From Raillietiella orientalis (Eukaryota): DNA of 64,000 nt. The notes beneath the pieces are model-generated. The model had not been told where the DNA came from and did no database searches. It was given only the letters and a program-made list of their open reading frames with translations. This document shows, in pieces, positions 50,151-63,000 of the stretch; position 1 is the stretch's first letter; each line of letters begins with the position of its first letter. The position numbers and the translations under genes were made by a program. The stretch spans positions 62,001 to 126,000 of the forward strand of contig JAYWIR010000031.1 in NCBI GenBank assembly GCA_036172245.1, written 5' to 3'.

Positions 50151-51029
50151 TCAGCAATGTGACTCGAAGAAAAGTCATTTCCCATTTTTTTTTTTTTTTT
50201 TTTGCCTTGTAGAAAGAAGAAATTTGCAAGAATTTTAGCACTGATACGTCCTTAAAAAAAAAAAAAAAAAAACAGAGGAACTTTCTCTTACTACTATGCT
50301 CTACTCATAAATGGCTCGAGGTTCCTCTAAAGCAGTCATACGCTACCTTTTTTCTTCTCTTCTCGGCCCACGTACATAAGTTTGCAGCATTATGCAGGCT
50401 GTATATAGTACGCTATATATTATAATATAATCTTGTAAAAAAGTTTATACACTGATACATTTTAATTAATTCTGCAAATTTAAACACAATAGAAATTTTC
50501 TTTTACATTCATATGTTTTATGCAAAAAAAAATCTGAAAGATATGGATGTAAATGAGTGCCTTTTTTCATTGTGGCGAGCTGAGCACAGACCGTATTCTT
50601 TCCTCGTACACTGACCACTGGAAACGACGAGAAACGGAACCGTACGCAACAACTTTGCTGCACAAAATCACGAAACACACAAACAAACGACAACCCGCGA
50701 GAGCACTGTTCGTGCAGATGCCGACCGCTCGTGGATTTTTGCCTTCGATAAAAACGATTGCTGCCCGACCATCAGAAGCTGAAGAAAAGTTCTTGATGGC
50801 TGTGAATGATATGGCCGCATATGGAAGCTTGGAGGACCGTAGATCGGGTATGGCTGCTCTAATGCATTCTGGCATCGTTCCGCAAGCTTCCTGATGCAAA
50901 ATTTCCAGCCTTCTACTCCTCTAACTTTTCCAGGAATTGCATGACGCTCTTTGACACTTTCTTCTTCTTCATTGAGCCAACCATCGTTTCGCTTGAACCT
51001 GAGGCCCTTCTCACCGCAAAAATCAGTTC

Positions 51030-51395
51030 AGCATGCTCATCAACGGCGAGACGACCGCCGTTGGCTGCTACGTGGCTACGTGGTCTCCGCTCGTGGAGCC
51101 ACGCGTCCAGGCTCCGCATCCTGCCCGGGGAAGGATCGACTCCAGAGAAATGGGGGGTGGGGCGTGGGTTTCGATGCTCCCTCCGCAGGATGGCGCTGGT
51201 TGACCCGCAGGCTTCGGGCGCGGCGCCGGTGGAACCTGGATGGTCTCCCGATGAATGGCGGGGATCGGGAGTCGACTCCCTCCGGGGTCCTTCCTTCCTC
51301 CAGAGTCCTTCCTGGATTCACAGGGTGGTCCCCTCTCGTGGCACCTCCTTTGAATTGAAGAGTGACACGCACCCTCCGGTGGCATGGGCAGTGTT
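51030..51395 (+). mobile_element. Internal fragment of the L1/Tx1-like family
   Basis: DNA similarity to 53900-54090 (gagaaatgggggtgg..cgtgggttt..gatggcgctggttg..gggagtcgac..ccggggtccttcc) and to 26700-26850 on the minus strand. Confidence 0.6.
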
Positions 51396-53619
51396 TAAAA
51401 GAGTACTTGCAGTGTCTCTGTGTGTACTTGCAGCAGCTGCAAATGGACGTGGGTAAACTTGCGACGGAAACATCCTCGAATGATCGTTCGAAATTTATCC
51501 CCCCCTTCACCCCCCAACCCCCCTAGGGGGACGAACGGTTCTGGTGAGATTGAGAGAAGCTGAGCCCGAGTGAGTGTCGACCTTACGGGTGTGCAGTGCA
51601 GACTTGAGTGCAGCTGCCGACTACGTGTGTCGACGCTGCGTTCCTGGCGTAAGCCGCGTGATGTGGCATGGCGAAGTGGCAGGGCTGTGTGGCGTGGGGC
51701 TCGTGTTGCACATGATCCGCCCTCACTCTTCGGTCTACCCTCGTAAAAAAAGGAACTCTGGCCCGACGAGAGGAGCGAGGGACTCGCACCAAATACAGTG
51801 CTCTCTAAAAATTCGCCTTCTACCAAAAGGTGCAAGATCGACATCTTCGCATCCCCCCTTGATGCTGTGCTCTGTTCAAAAAGGGATCTTTGCATTTATG
51901 GCACATGCTATCTGACATCTTTGGGGATCTCTTCGATGGGCAGACCTTGGATTCAACGTTCTTTATCGGAATCAGTTCGTGGATGTTGCGCGTGCAAGTA
52001 CGTCAACAGAGTACATTCCATACCGCACCAAATCGTGATTGACAATCTGGAATCACGATCTTTTGTTTTACTCTGCTTCGAAATCATTGATTTTTTTTTT
52101 TTTTTCCTCACACAATAGTTTTCTTCTATCCTCAGAAACTCTTCGAAGTCGCCCAGCAGCTGCTGCACAAGACAGACACCATCTTGGTTCCTTTGATTAA
52201 AGGATGCAACCTCACAAAAGTGCAAAACATAATTGTGAAATCGAATCTTCACACCATGGAAGTTCTGTACAACTGCAGCACAAATATCAACAAAACGTGC
52301 CACATAGACATCCACCACAAGAGAAACCTGACAACATTAACATACGCTCAGTGCGTATCTGGTTGAGATTTGCTGTTCGCCGTGATCTCTTGAAAATTTG
52401 GAAAATAAAAATCCAAGATATCTCTTGTTTTGCGTGTCCAGTTTTTTTTTTCCTCTTCTTTTTTTCCCTTACTGAAGGATTCTCTACACGCGGAATTTTT
52501 TCAATTTTACTTCGAGGCCACTGGAGATCACTTCAGCCTCCAGTTTGACTTATGGGGCGTGGCTCAAAATCAGGATTTGAGTTGCGTTGGCTTGGCATCA
52601 ATTTCTCTGCTGCAGATTTCAATGGCAGTTACCAGGAGTGGGTGCAGCGATGAATTTCATCGATCAATGATATCCAACGTTGCCTGTAAGAGAGGCACTG
52701 CAGCATCACAAAGTCCATCTTTACTCATTTTTGAAAAGATCAAAGATACAATCTGGGTGTTTCATAGCAGGATTGAAAAAGATGAAAGCTTTCTACCTCA
52801 TCAGAATATGAGGTAGAAAGCTTTCATCTCTTCAACAAGTTATACATGGAACAAAAAAAAAAAAAACGAATGCTTTCTTCCCACATATTCGTAAACGGAT
52901 CCAGTCGCTGCAGTTTAAGGATCACAGTCACCTTAAAGACAAAGTAGAAGAACAGTACTGCAGGCTGAAACAGTTCTTCGCAGAAGACTTTCAGTTACCT
53001 TTGGGAATAATAGCTATTCTTTCAATTAAAGTGGCAACGGATGAGTGACAGCTTTCTTGCTGCTCACTTGCCATTGTGTTCGATGAGAAGGATGCAGCAT
53101 CAGTTACTTTCCCGCTCAGCATCCCAATGAATTCACAAAACAGGGCTCGCCGGATGTTGACGGCATTGCCATTGTAAATGCTCATCCTTGATTTGTTTTT
53201 CTCGGAATGGGACGACGGAGAAAATACTGAACGAACAGGAATGTGGATCAAAAACTGGGAGCCATCAAAAGGTATCAGCAATATCATGAACGCTTTGGAC
53301 AATTGGTGTCAGCCATACGTGGGTAAGTTGGTTTTCCTCCTTTTTCTGTTCTTGGCCTTTTTTTTTTTTTTTTTTACCTTTTGTTTGTTTTAGATCGTTT
53401 CAGAACATGGACAGAACCAACATGTTCTGAGTGCCCAAACTAGGCATACGAGTGAGAATTGAAAGTTGTTGAGAAAGTGTCCATCATCCCGTTCTTAAAT
53501 CTCACCAATGACTGTGATCATTCATTAGTTGGTTACAAAGCTAAGCAAAGCTTTGTGCAGTCATAAGTCGGCAGACATTTTAAAATTGGTCACTCTAACT
53601 GGCTCTTAAAGCAAAACGG

Positions 53620-55606
53620 TCTTTTGATAGCTCAAATCCGCGAAGAGATCACTGCCCATGACTCCGAACAAAGGCAAGTACTCTCACACAATGGAGGCCC
53701 AGAACAAATCGTGTGGCTAGACGCTGAACTCGGTCATGCTAGACGATCAGCACACAGAGCCTATGCATTGCATTCATGGATACCACAAACGTTCATTTGG
53801 AACGAGCATTTCCATGGAACCATGAGAGAGAGCAGAACGTGCGGAACCTGGGAAAGACTGTGGCGATGGTGGCGATGTCCGCGCGTGGCACCACCAAGCG
53901 TCGCGAGTTCGAATCCTCGTCAAGATTCGACGCCGAGAGATGGGGGGTGCGTCGTGGGTTCGAGTTCCTCCTGCAAGATGACGCTGGTTGGCCTGCCTTC
54001 GGGTGAGACACTGGTAGCGGTTCAAACCGGATGCCCTCGATGAGGACAAGGACAATGGGAGTCGACCCTCCGGGTCCTTCCAGGAAACAGGATCAAGGAA
54101 TGGGGGTTATGGAGGAAAGGCTCCCACCTCGTACTGATGTACCCTCCGTCTCGTACCATGGCTCTTGAGGTATTTAGCTGAGATGGCGGAGGCTCCCTTA
54201 CATCGGTCTGTGTTCTTCGTGAACATACTTTGCATAATCTCCCTACTGATACGAAAAAAAAATTACGACCCTGGTACCTTCGTGCATTTCTATCTTCTAC
54301 GTCAGAAGAACCTCTTCTTGCCAAGAGTTGCGGTTTCCAATACCCGTAAGGGATCGCCGTTCCTCGTGCATGGTCAGAGAGGTCGCCTCGCCTGGTCGCC
54401 TCGATCCAGGAGAACAGGTGGATTTCCTGCTGCTCCGCCAACTGTATTGCCTGGAAACAGGAAACTGGTCAGGCGTGGACGAAAAGAAACGGCACGAGTC
54501 CGGAGCCATTGCGATGTCTGCGATCCTCGAACCACGCTCGCTGCTCGTTGCAGGAAATCATGGACTGCCCAAGGAAGACCACCTGGACACTCAACACCCC
54601 TCTTGCAGCCCTACTCAACACAATCCAGCAAAGTGGTAACAGAGATGGCCTTGCGAGATGGGAAATATCCTGCGAGATAGCGAGGAAAGAAGCAGATGCG
54701 ATGCTGGACGGCGCGTCAACTGGCTGACGCATGTACCTCCACCATCCTCCCCAGAGAAATTCTTCGCTGGGCGGAGCTTCTGGACATTCCCTCAGAAGAG
54801 GTGCAGACCCGCCCGGTGTTTGTGGACAGCTCCACTCTTCCCACGCTTCCCTTTTCCTTTCCTTCATCTTCCACGCTTCCCCCAGGACTCTACATCGCAG
54901 TTGTTGCAACGGGAGATCCCGTTCAACGCACGAGTCCACCACTGCACGAGGGGTAGTGCGGCCCCCGACTGTGCCAGGTGTGGGAAACGGGAAACCTTCC
55001 CGCACCTGTTGTTGGATTGTGTTGTTGCCCTCCTGATTGTATAGGAACGCTCTCTGCGGCCCTCCTTCTCCCGATGGACGATGGCAGAGAGGTCTTGTGG
55101 TGCCTCTTCGTGTGCGACTGGATGTCGCCTGCAGCTCCCCTTGCAGCTCTGCACTGCCTTCATGGGATCGTAGCGGCGAGAAAAGCCGCGCCGAAAGAGG
55201 CCAGTCGGACGGTTAGGTTATCTCAATCGTCTGCTCCTTCATGAGGAAGGAGACAAGATGGCCGCATATCTGCCAACAAAAGGAGAAAGTTTCCTATATC
55301 CTCCAGAGGATGCGGAGGACACCAGGAAGAAGTCTGCGATAGTTTCCTCCCCCCCCCCCCTCCCAACATTTTAAACTGAACTTTAGTGTTTTTTTTGTTT
55401 TTGTTTACTCCTTCCCCCACTCCTTTGCGGAGCTCATTGGGGAGCTGCTCACGAGAAGCAGTGCCTCCGAGGCATCTCCCTTCGTAGTGGTGATGTAAAG
55501 TCACTATGAAGGAAGGCATTTTTTATCTTGTATATGACTCTTTTTTTTTATAAATATTTTTTTGGCAATAAACGTCCCAGCGTGACCGGGTGAAAATAAA
55601 AAAAAG
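53620..55606 (+). mobile_element. 5'-truncated L1/Tx1-like non-LTR retrotransposon
   Basis: RLVPWLLRYL, RWAELLDIPSEEV and ARVHHCTRG..DCARCGKRETFPHLLLDC (zf-RVT). The 3' UTR ends AATAAACGTCCCAGCGTGACCGGGTG followed by an A-rich tail. Confidence 0.75.
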
Positions 55607-56214
55607 TACTTCGAGGCCTTATTATTTGGTCAGGACAATCGTATATAGTCATTGCAGAAAGACGCCAAACACCAGTTCTTAAGCAAATGAAAAAGGAAAA
55701 CCTTGTTTTGCTATACATTACCATCCATGCACCTTACGAGCAGGAGTGCACCAGGATTACAGTCCCCAAATGCAGAAATGCCAGAAAAAAATTTGCAGAT
55801 GCAATCTATTAGATCCAAGAGCCCCAAATCTGCATTCCAAAAACCGAAGCGTGGTGAACTCAGCGACACGAGCACTTGTTAGAAGAGAATATTGTTTATA
55901 GTGATTATATCTGAATACAATCGTAAACAAAAACCAGGTTCGACTTCCATCTACTCTCTCCTAAATTCTTCATCGGCTGAGAAAAATCTATTTCATCACT
56001 ATCTGTCTTCGATTTTGCACGGCCTCCTTCACGCTTCATTTCTTCCAAACTAAAATTCTATTCTTGCTGATGAATCATGAGGAAAAGGCTCTCTCCCGAA
56101 AGAATAGTATTGATGTGATTGTCTTCATTTCTCTTCCCCTCTGTTTTCCTCACTGTGTGCTTTCAGAGATACGGAAATGAAGAGATGGACGTTATAGATA
56201 GAGGAGCATACCAT

Positions 56215-56470
56215 AAAAGAAAATGCAAATGATATGATGACCAGCTAACACTAGATTGGATCAAAAAGAAAATGCAAATGATATGATGACCAGCTAACAC
56301 TAGATTGGATCAAAAAGAAAATGCAAATGATATGATGACCAGCTAACACTAGATTGGATCAAAAAGAAAATGCAAATGATATGATGATCAGCTAACACTA
56401 GATTGGATCAAAAAGAAAATGCAAATGATATGATGATCAACTAACACTAGATTGGATCAAAAAGAAAATG
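56215..56470. repeat. 49-bp minisatellite, ~5.2 copies
   Basis: Unit AAAAGAAAATGCAAATGATATGATGACCAGCTAACACTAGATTGGATCA; copies are near-identical. Confidence 0.95.
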
Positions 56471-58196
56471 ATGCATATCAATAGTTGCGCAGACATTAAC
56501 CTCCAAAGAAAATTGCGTATGTCGATGTACAGTTGGTTTCTTGAAAATGAAAACAAAATAAAGATTTTAAAAGTTTCCACCGAATATCTTACAGAAGCCA
56601 TTAATTAAACTGATTTTGAAATATCTGGAAACCGTTGACTGTGCAATAAGTAAAATGTGCCTTCATTAAGAGAATTATCAAACCAAAATAATTAAATCTT
56701 GAATCTAATAACTTCGAAGACATCATACAGAACTGTGCATTAACGAGATTTTAAATTTTAAATCGAACTCAAATATTCATAACTTTCAGCTTTATTTTCT
56801 TCAAGACAATCAATTGCTGTTAATTGGAATTCAACTTGTAGGCTTGTTCTTAAGAGTTTTCATAGAATCTTTGCTTTCAAAAGGTTTTTTTTTTTCTGAT
56901 TTACATCTGATCGATAGAACTTGCAGATTATTAGTAAGATGTACAATACTTAAATTTAGCCACGAGGCGGTGCCAGTTTTAATAAATAAAGCGCGAATTT
57001 CTACATTTCCTTGCATATAAGTATTAGCATACTCCACCAAATCGTTTTCTAGGCTTTGAAAAAAAAGTTCTACAAAGGTGGATGTCTGAAGCTCCGAAAG
57101 TTGAATTTCAAACACTCTTCGGGAACACTCTTCTGATCACTTTTTAATAACAAATATTCCAGTCTTGAATCAGATTTTTTTTTTCTTATTCTGTATCTGC
57201 ATCCATTCAGAAAAAATTTTCCTCTTAAGAAGATTGTAGTTTCAAAGCTTGTTTAGTGTTTTGTACTGAACTTTTTTTTTGTTCTTCCTATTGCTTCCTA
57301 TTGTTTATATTCCTAAAATGCCCTAAAATTACCAATTTTAGAAAAAAATTCTTCTTTCACATCAGTTGAAGCTTGGATTATGAGTCATCTCGAATAGTCC
57401 ATAAAATACCATGAAATTCAAGAAACAAAAGAGCATTTATATTTTTAAAAGTCTAACAACTGAGTACTTTCAGAGCTACGATAAGTGCAAAAGATTCAAT
57501 ATTTTTATTATCTTAATAACGGAACAGGATGATCGTGTTAATTAAGGAAACGTAATGTGGATCTTTTTGTACTCATATTTTTTTAATTTCGTCAAGCTGT
57601 GAGGCATTTATGCACCCGTAAATGCAAATTAGTTCTTGGCGATCTTTTACTTTGTAAGTCTTCAGCCAGCTCTAGTAAAGAAAGTATGTGTATTGCTCGC
57701 TGCCGTGAATGTGCTGTAAATGTTGCCTTGTAATGAGTAAATGTGGAAAAATAGAGATCAAACTACTTGAATTATTGAAAAATTTGAAAAATATGATCAT
57801 AACAATTCCGTAACAAAAATTGTTAAAAGCTAAAGGAATGCCAGTTTCGTAATCCAAAATAATTTTTAAACCATGTATTTTCAGCTTTATACATTGCTTT
57901 ATAAATTAGAAAAGACTATAAACTTAAAAATGCGGGTGAACTTTTGATTTGCTTTCTGATGATGCTGCATTTAAATAGCCTGTTTGTTTGTTGAAAATGA
58001 ATGATGCATGTTACTGTGTTCTTTTTGTGTGTGGGGTATAAGTTTGGGATATATGGATGCTTGTACTAATATGTAGAAACTTTGGTTTAAGTACGTTGTG
58101 CAATTGTATAACCAGAAATAACTGTATCCTTAGCCATAACCTCAACCTCATAAGGTATTTCCATTCCATTATCACTGCAAACTTGGAGTTGACACA

Positions 58197-60087
58197 ATGT
58201 CTGTAGATTGTTTGGAAAATAGTATTGCAGAAAATGAAGAATTAGAAAGAAGGAGGCAGCAACGTAGAACAAAAATCTTAAGAAATTCTGAAGCAAGACT
58301 CTTGAAACTTTGTGGAGATCATTCCAAATCAATTGGTGAATCTTTGTTTATTGATTTTTGACTGTTTGTTATCTACACACAAAGAATCAGCAGATTTAAA
58401 TTCAGTGATGTAATTATATACATATATATATCTATATTAAAGTATTCTTAACAAATATTTTTTAGATTACAGTTGTACAAGAAGTCCATTTGGCATTGGT
58501 GAAACTTTGTGTCAGAAAGAAAATTTCACATGCAAAAATTCTCTTACATATGAAAAGGAGCCAGTGCTTGAGAAAAATACTACTGTTTTGAACAATGATC
58601 ATGATATTTTTCGTTTAGCAAGTACAAATGAAACTCCACTTGATTTTTCAACATCATTCAACATCAGTCTATTCAAAAGGAGACTTATATCGCTAATTCT
58701 GATAGCAGCAGTTGTGCAGCTGGCCTTTGAATTCAAGTTCTTGAATGATTTTATGGAGGTATATGTTCTGAACATTAAAAGGATGAATGTTGTTTCACAA
58801 ATTGTTAAATATATCCATAGATTCATAGTAATATTCATTTTGATTTCACTGATTTTTGCATTTGTTTATGAAGTTATTTATTTATTGTTAGCTTCCTGTA
58901 GCCATATGTTAGAAAATTTCGATTTATTAATTTCAGACTACCAAGAACTATGCACAATTGATGATTTGTGATCATTTTTTTTTGTAATGAATGCAGTATT
59001 AGTTTTTGACACTTGATGTGTTGTTATCTACTTTTTCACTATATGACTGAATTTCAAATAGTTGAAGCATTCTTTTTCAATTAGAAACACCAGAAAGCCT
59101 TTTCTCATATGGCCATAAAAAGCTCTTTTCCGTCAGAAATTAAGATATAATCGGTTAAATATGTTTGTTATATGGGCAAAAGCAGTATTTGAATCTGCTA
59201 ACACCATATATGTAGATTGTGTTGCGAAGATTTTGAATAAATTGAGTTCATAGCTTCTGAATTCATCAGTTGTAGGACTCTGAATATGAACAAATGAATA
59301 TATTCCTTGCATTCAAAATGGATTTAGAGTGAACATATTACTTGAGAACATTTGTAGTAATCTTTTGCATGGAAGTTTCGAAGAGACTTGACTATTTTAG
59401 CTATCTTAGAAGTTCAGTCAATGATTTAGGATTTACTAATTGTTATTGCAGTGGGTTTTGAATTCATGTATGTTGTGAACTGATCTGTTTCTCCCAAAAT
59501 GTTTTTGTAGAATTCTTTTGATTTCCTTGATATCAAGGAATTATAAACTCAATGTTCTATCATCATAATTCCTGTATTAATTGTCTCATTATTGACTGTA
59601 ATAGTCACCAATTTTTAACTGAGTTGTGAATTCAGGTATTCATATTGATGCATTGCCATGAATTTCATTTCTACAGCTAGAATTATATGTGCACATTGTT
59701 TTCTTAATTCTGTTTAAATTTAAAAGAAATCTAAAATCCAAAACCTAATCCAAAGCAATTGCTAATTCTGATATTAGCTTGTTCTGTATTAGCTTGTTGG
59801 TTTCCATATACTGGTGTTGTGATATACTTTTGTTTCAGATGCATGCTGTTCCATTTTTACTGTTTCAAGCAAGTTTTTGGATGCTGGACATTCATGCACA
59901 AAGCATTCCAAAGTCTTCAGGTTTGCAAATGTGGTCCACAGTATTTATGTTATGTGGACTACCACAAAAACATGTAAAATCTGTTGAGTATGGAATTGTT
60001 TTTGGTGCACAACTCTGGAGAGATCTCAGCATTTATGTGTTTACAGCCATCATGGTGCATTATTGCTTTAGTCAGAGTTCATCTTAA
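58197..60087 (+). CDS. CAMLG: CAML/GET2 tail-anchored protein insertase subunit, 3 exons, ~226 aa
   Basis: Exons 58197-58335, 58466-58758 and 59839-60087 are GT-AG, phases 1 and 0, 681 nt in total. N-terminal ERRRQQRRTKILRNSEARLLKLCG matches CAML [23 protein letters not shown]. C-terminal VPFLLFQ..FMLCGLP..WRDLSIYVFTAIMVH matches APFLTLQ..LLLSGIP..FTDLCVYFFTFIFCH. Confidence 0.88.
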
Positions 60088-63000
60088 ACAGTATTCAAGC
60101 CAAAATTTGTCTTTCAAAATAACAAGCTTCAAAACATTCTTAAGAAATTCCAGGATGCCAACTTATATATCACAGAATCCGTATTGTGCCTTAGCTGCAT
60201 CTAATAACTAATGATTGATAATTATGATGCACTGCATAGATGCAGATTCAAGAAACATGGAAGATGCAGTTTTTTTCTTATGTATCTTACTCGACTTTAT
60301 TTTTTTATATGCCAGTCACCTACTTTTCATATATGATGTGTAGTTATGTGTTCAGTAATACTCATCTCTCAAAAGTAGTCTCTAGTAAGCATCAGTGATT
60401 TGTAGAAGCTTGGTACAACTTTACAGGTTTGGAACGTTATTCTGTTTTGTTTTTGTAGGTGAGCAGTTTATTTGTTCATTATTTAATTGGCAGTTTCAGA
60501 ATGTGTATACTTTCACATGAACACGACATTACTGTTTTGAAATAAGGAATTTGCTGGTTTTTTGTTTTCTTGGAGTTGGCAATATCACAGTACAATTGCA
60601 AGACATACTGATCAGCTGTTGCTTCCAATTTCATTAGGTTTCACAATCAAGTTTGTAAATTATAGTATATTAAATGCATTCCTAAAGAGATCATGAGTAC
60701 ATATTTGAAATCATGGAATTCAGTGGTATTTTCATTTCTGTTAGTCTATAATGAGAAGTCAGAACTGAAAAGAAAAAAGACCACAAAAGCTGCTTATGTC
60801 AGTTGCAAAGTATAATGTTTATCCAATAACCAAAAATGCAAATACTTTGAACAATCAGTTTCAAATTGTTTTTTTGTTGATTTCGAGTTCATTTTGGTGA
60901 TTTTAATGATGGCATTTTATATATCTTTGTTATTGATGAAAAGTGTTCGTCACGTAATCTCAGGGCTGGTTTGAGGTTCATAGTAAAATCTGAATGAGTG
61001 AGGCCCAATTTTATCAGCCTAGAGTTTCTGACAGGATTAATTTATTAAACCGTTCTAATTCAGGGAGAGGGTTAGTTCATGAAAATTTTTCTCATATCCA
61101 TGTTCCTAATGTGAAGTGTATAAAGAACTTGGTTACATTTCAGATTAAAAATATGTTTTTGGCACCTTAGGAAGCCATTTGATTTGCTAAGCCAAGCCAG
61201 CTGTGGATAGCACCAGTAACCATCATGCCTAAGTAACATAGTTTGAAGGTATAGGTTAGAATTTATTATCAAAGAACTAGCACAAAATTTATATAATACC
61301 TAATTGTTCAAAATGAAAGCATGCCAGTGGGACTTGTGTGATTGTGAAAAAGAGGGTTCAAATGTCAAATGTATTTGCTGCCTGTAGTAAGAAATTTGAG
61401 AAGCTCCTCTTGAAATATTGGAAATCTTTCAAAAAGTAATTAATCTTATCCATGATGTTTTGTTCTAAATGGGATAATAAATAGAGAACGATGTTAGCAA
61501 TCCAATTTGGCATCTTGCTTCACTGAGTTTTATTCAGCATGCTTGTAAATATGAATGCAGTAGCATGTCGGAAAACGAGTATAAACTAATTTAGAGTTTT
61601 CAGTTATAAGATTTGGAGCCTTGAGCTAGTTTGCAGCTTGAATTTCATTCTCCAGAAAACTCTTTAGTGTATTTATTGATTTTTCACATTGCAGACTGTT
61701 GCTAAAGATCTCAAGAATATGTTTTCCACAAGGAAACACCCATTGTTAAAGATTCGTTTTAATAAATTCGTAGCCATGGAAAGCCTCACTTCCATATTTC
61801 AAGACTTTCTTTTGTATGCATAGTATCAAATCTTTGTACATTACTTAGGGTTGTTATCACAACCCATGTTTGGAGAAAAAAGTTCATCATAAGATAAATG
61901 TATTGCATCATGTTGCTTTTGTTTACAGTCTTTTTAATTAAACATTTTCAACTAAATTGTACCAGCATTGTAGGTGCCTGGAGATGGTATACTGAATGGA
62001 AAATTTGATTCAATAGTTAGGAGAGAATCAACAATCTTCAAATGATTTCATACTATTTCATTCTCAGTGACCAGATGATTATTTCCCAGAATGCAGTGAT
62101 TTGGTTGATTTTGATGAGTCATGTGGTGTCATGTGAATTAAATTATCGTAGATAGCAGAAGTGTTCAAATATTGTTAGGTGTAGTCCCAAATTAGAGTTT
62201 ACTGACATTAGGATCTATTAAATAAATACATCATGCAGCTGCAAGTTTTTTTGAAGACTTAATTTGATCTTTGTTAGTATCTTCAGCTCTTTGTGCACAT
62301 CAGTTATTGAGGAATCCAGCTTTATTATCTAGGAACCGCTATTTCTGATGAGAAGGCATTACTACCTCAGCGTCATTCTGTTTTAACCATTTTTACCCCC
62401 ATATTAGGATATCATCGTGTTGAACAAGGAACAGAATGGAATACCTAATTTACATGCTGAATTAACCTAAGCATGCTCTTCAACTCGATGTGTATCTTAA
62501 TGATTCAGTATTAACTTGGTTTGGTACTTTGGATTTCCTAAAGCATATCAAGTAGTGAATATTACAACATAATTCATATATGTTCTAAGGCTTGTGAAAT
62601 GAGATTCACAAGTCTGATTCATAACGAGTTGGTTGTTGCAATGTAATTCAAAAAAAATATTGTTTTCAAATGCAAGGCAACTTGCAGTGATCACCAGCAT
62701 CTAATGTTTTGGTCAGAAAACATACTGAAAGAAAGCAATGATCTATCAAACTTGTGTTACTTTTTGACAGAATTTGATAGCATATGCCAATTACAGACAG
62801 GAAGTTTACTTCTTATCCTCAATTTATTTTTCAAGATGTGAACTTCCATTAAATAGAACTCAAGATATGCATAAGGTACATTTGAAGCAAAGATCCTTCA
62901 AAGAATTCAAAAGAATCATTTCTTTAGCTAACTATTACCGGAATGGACAGTTAAATTTCTAGCTTGAAGGTGGTCTATGCCAAGATAATTTTCCTATCTA

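Larger units (their letters stand above)
50550..56100 (+). pseudogene. JAK-like pseudogene (FERM to kinase), split by two L1-like insertions
   Basis: ALFVQM..EEKFLMAVNDMA (cf. YLFAQW..EECLGMAVLDMM). YLQQLQMDVGKLATET is a DNA paralogue of 47544-47610. NKTCHIDI and ISNIMNALD follow. After the insertion ending at 55606 come FADAIY, GELS/ATRALV and VIISEY (JH1-like). Confidence 0.55.

Noticed and set aside
51400..51480. SWIM zinc-finger-like reading (ICSCCKYTQRHCKY) on the minus strand, suggesting a MULE transposase
   Set aside because: No other transposase motifs or TIRs are present. The plus-strand reading fits the collinear JAK FERM series better.
56215..56470. CRISPR-like array
   Set aside because: The units are contiguous with no unique spacers, there are no cas genes and the context is eukaryotic.
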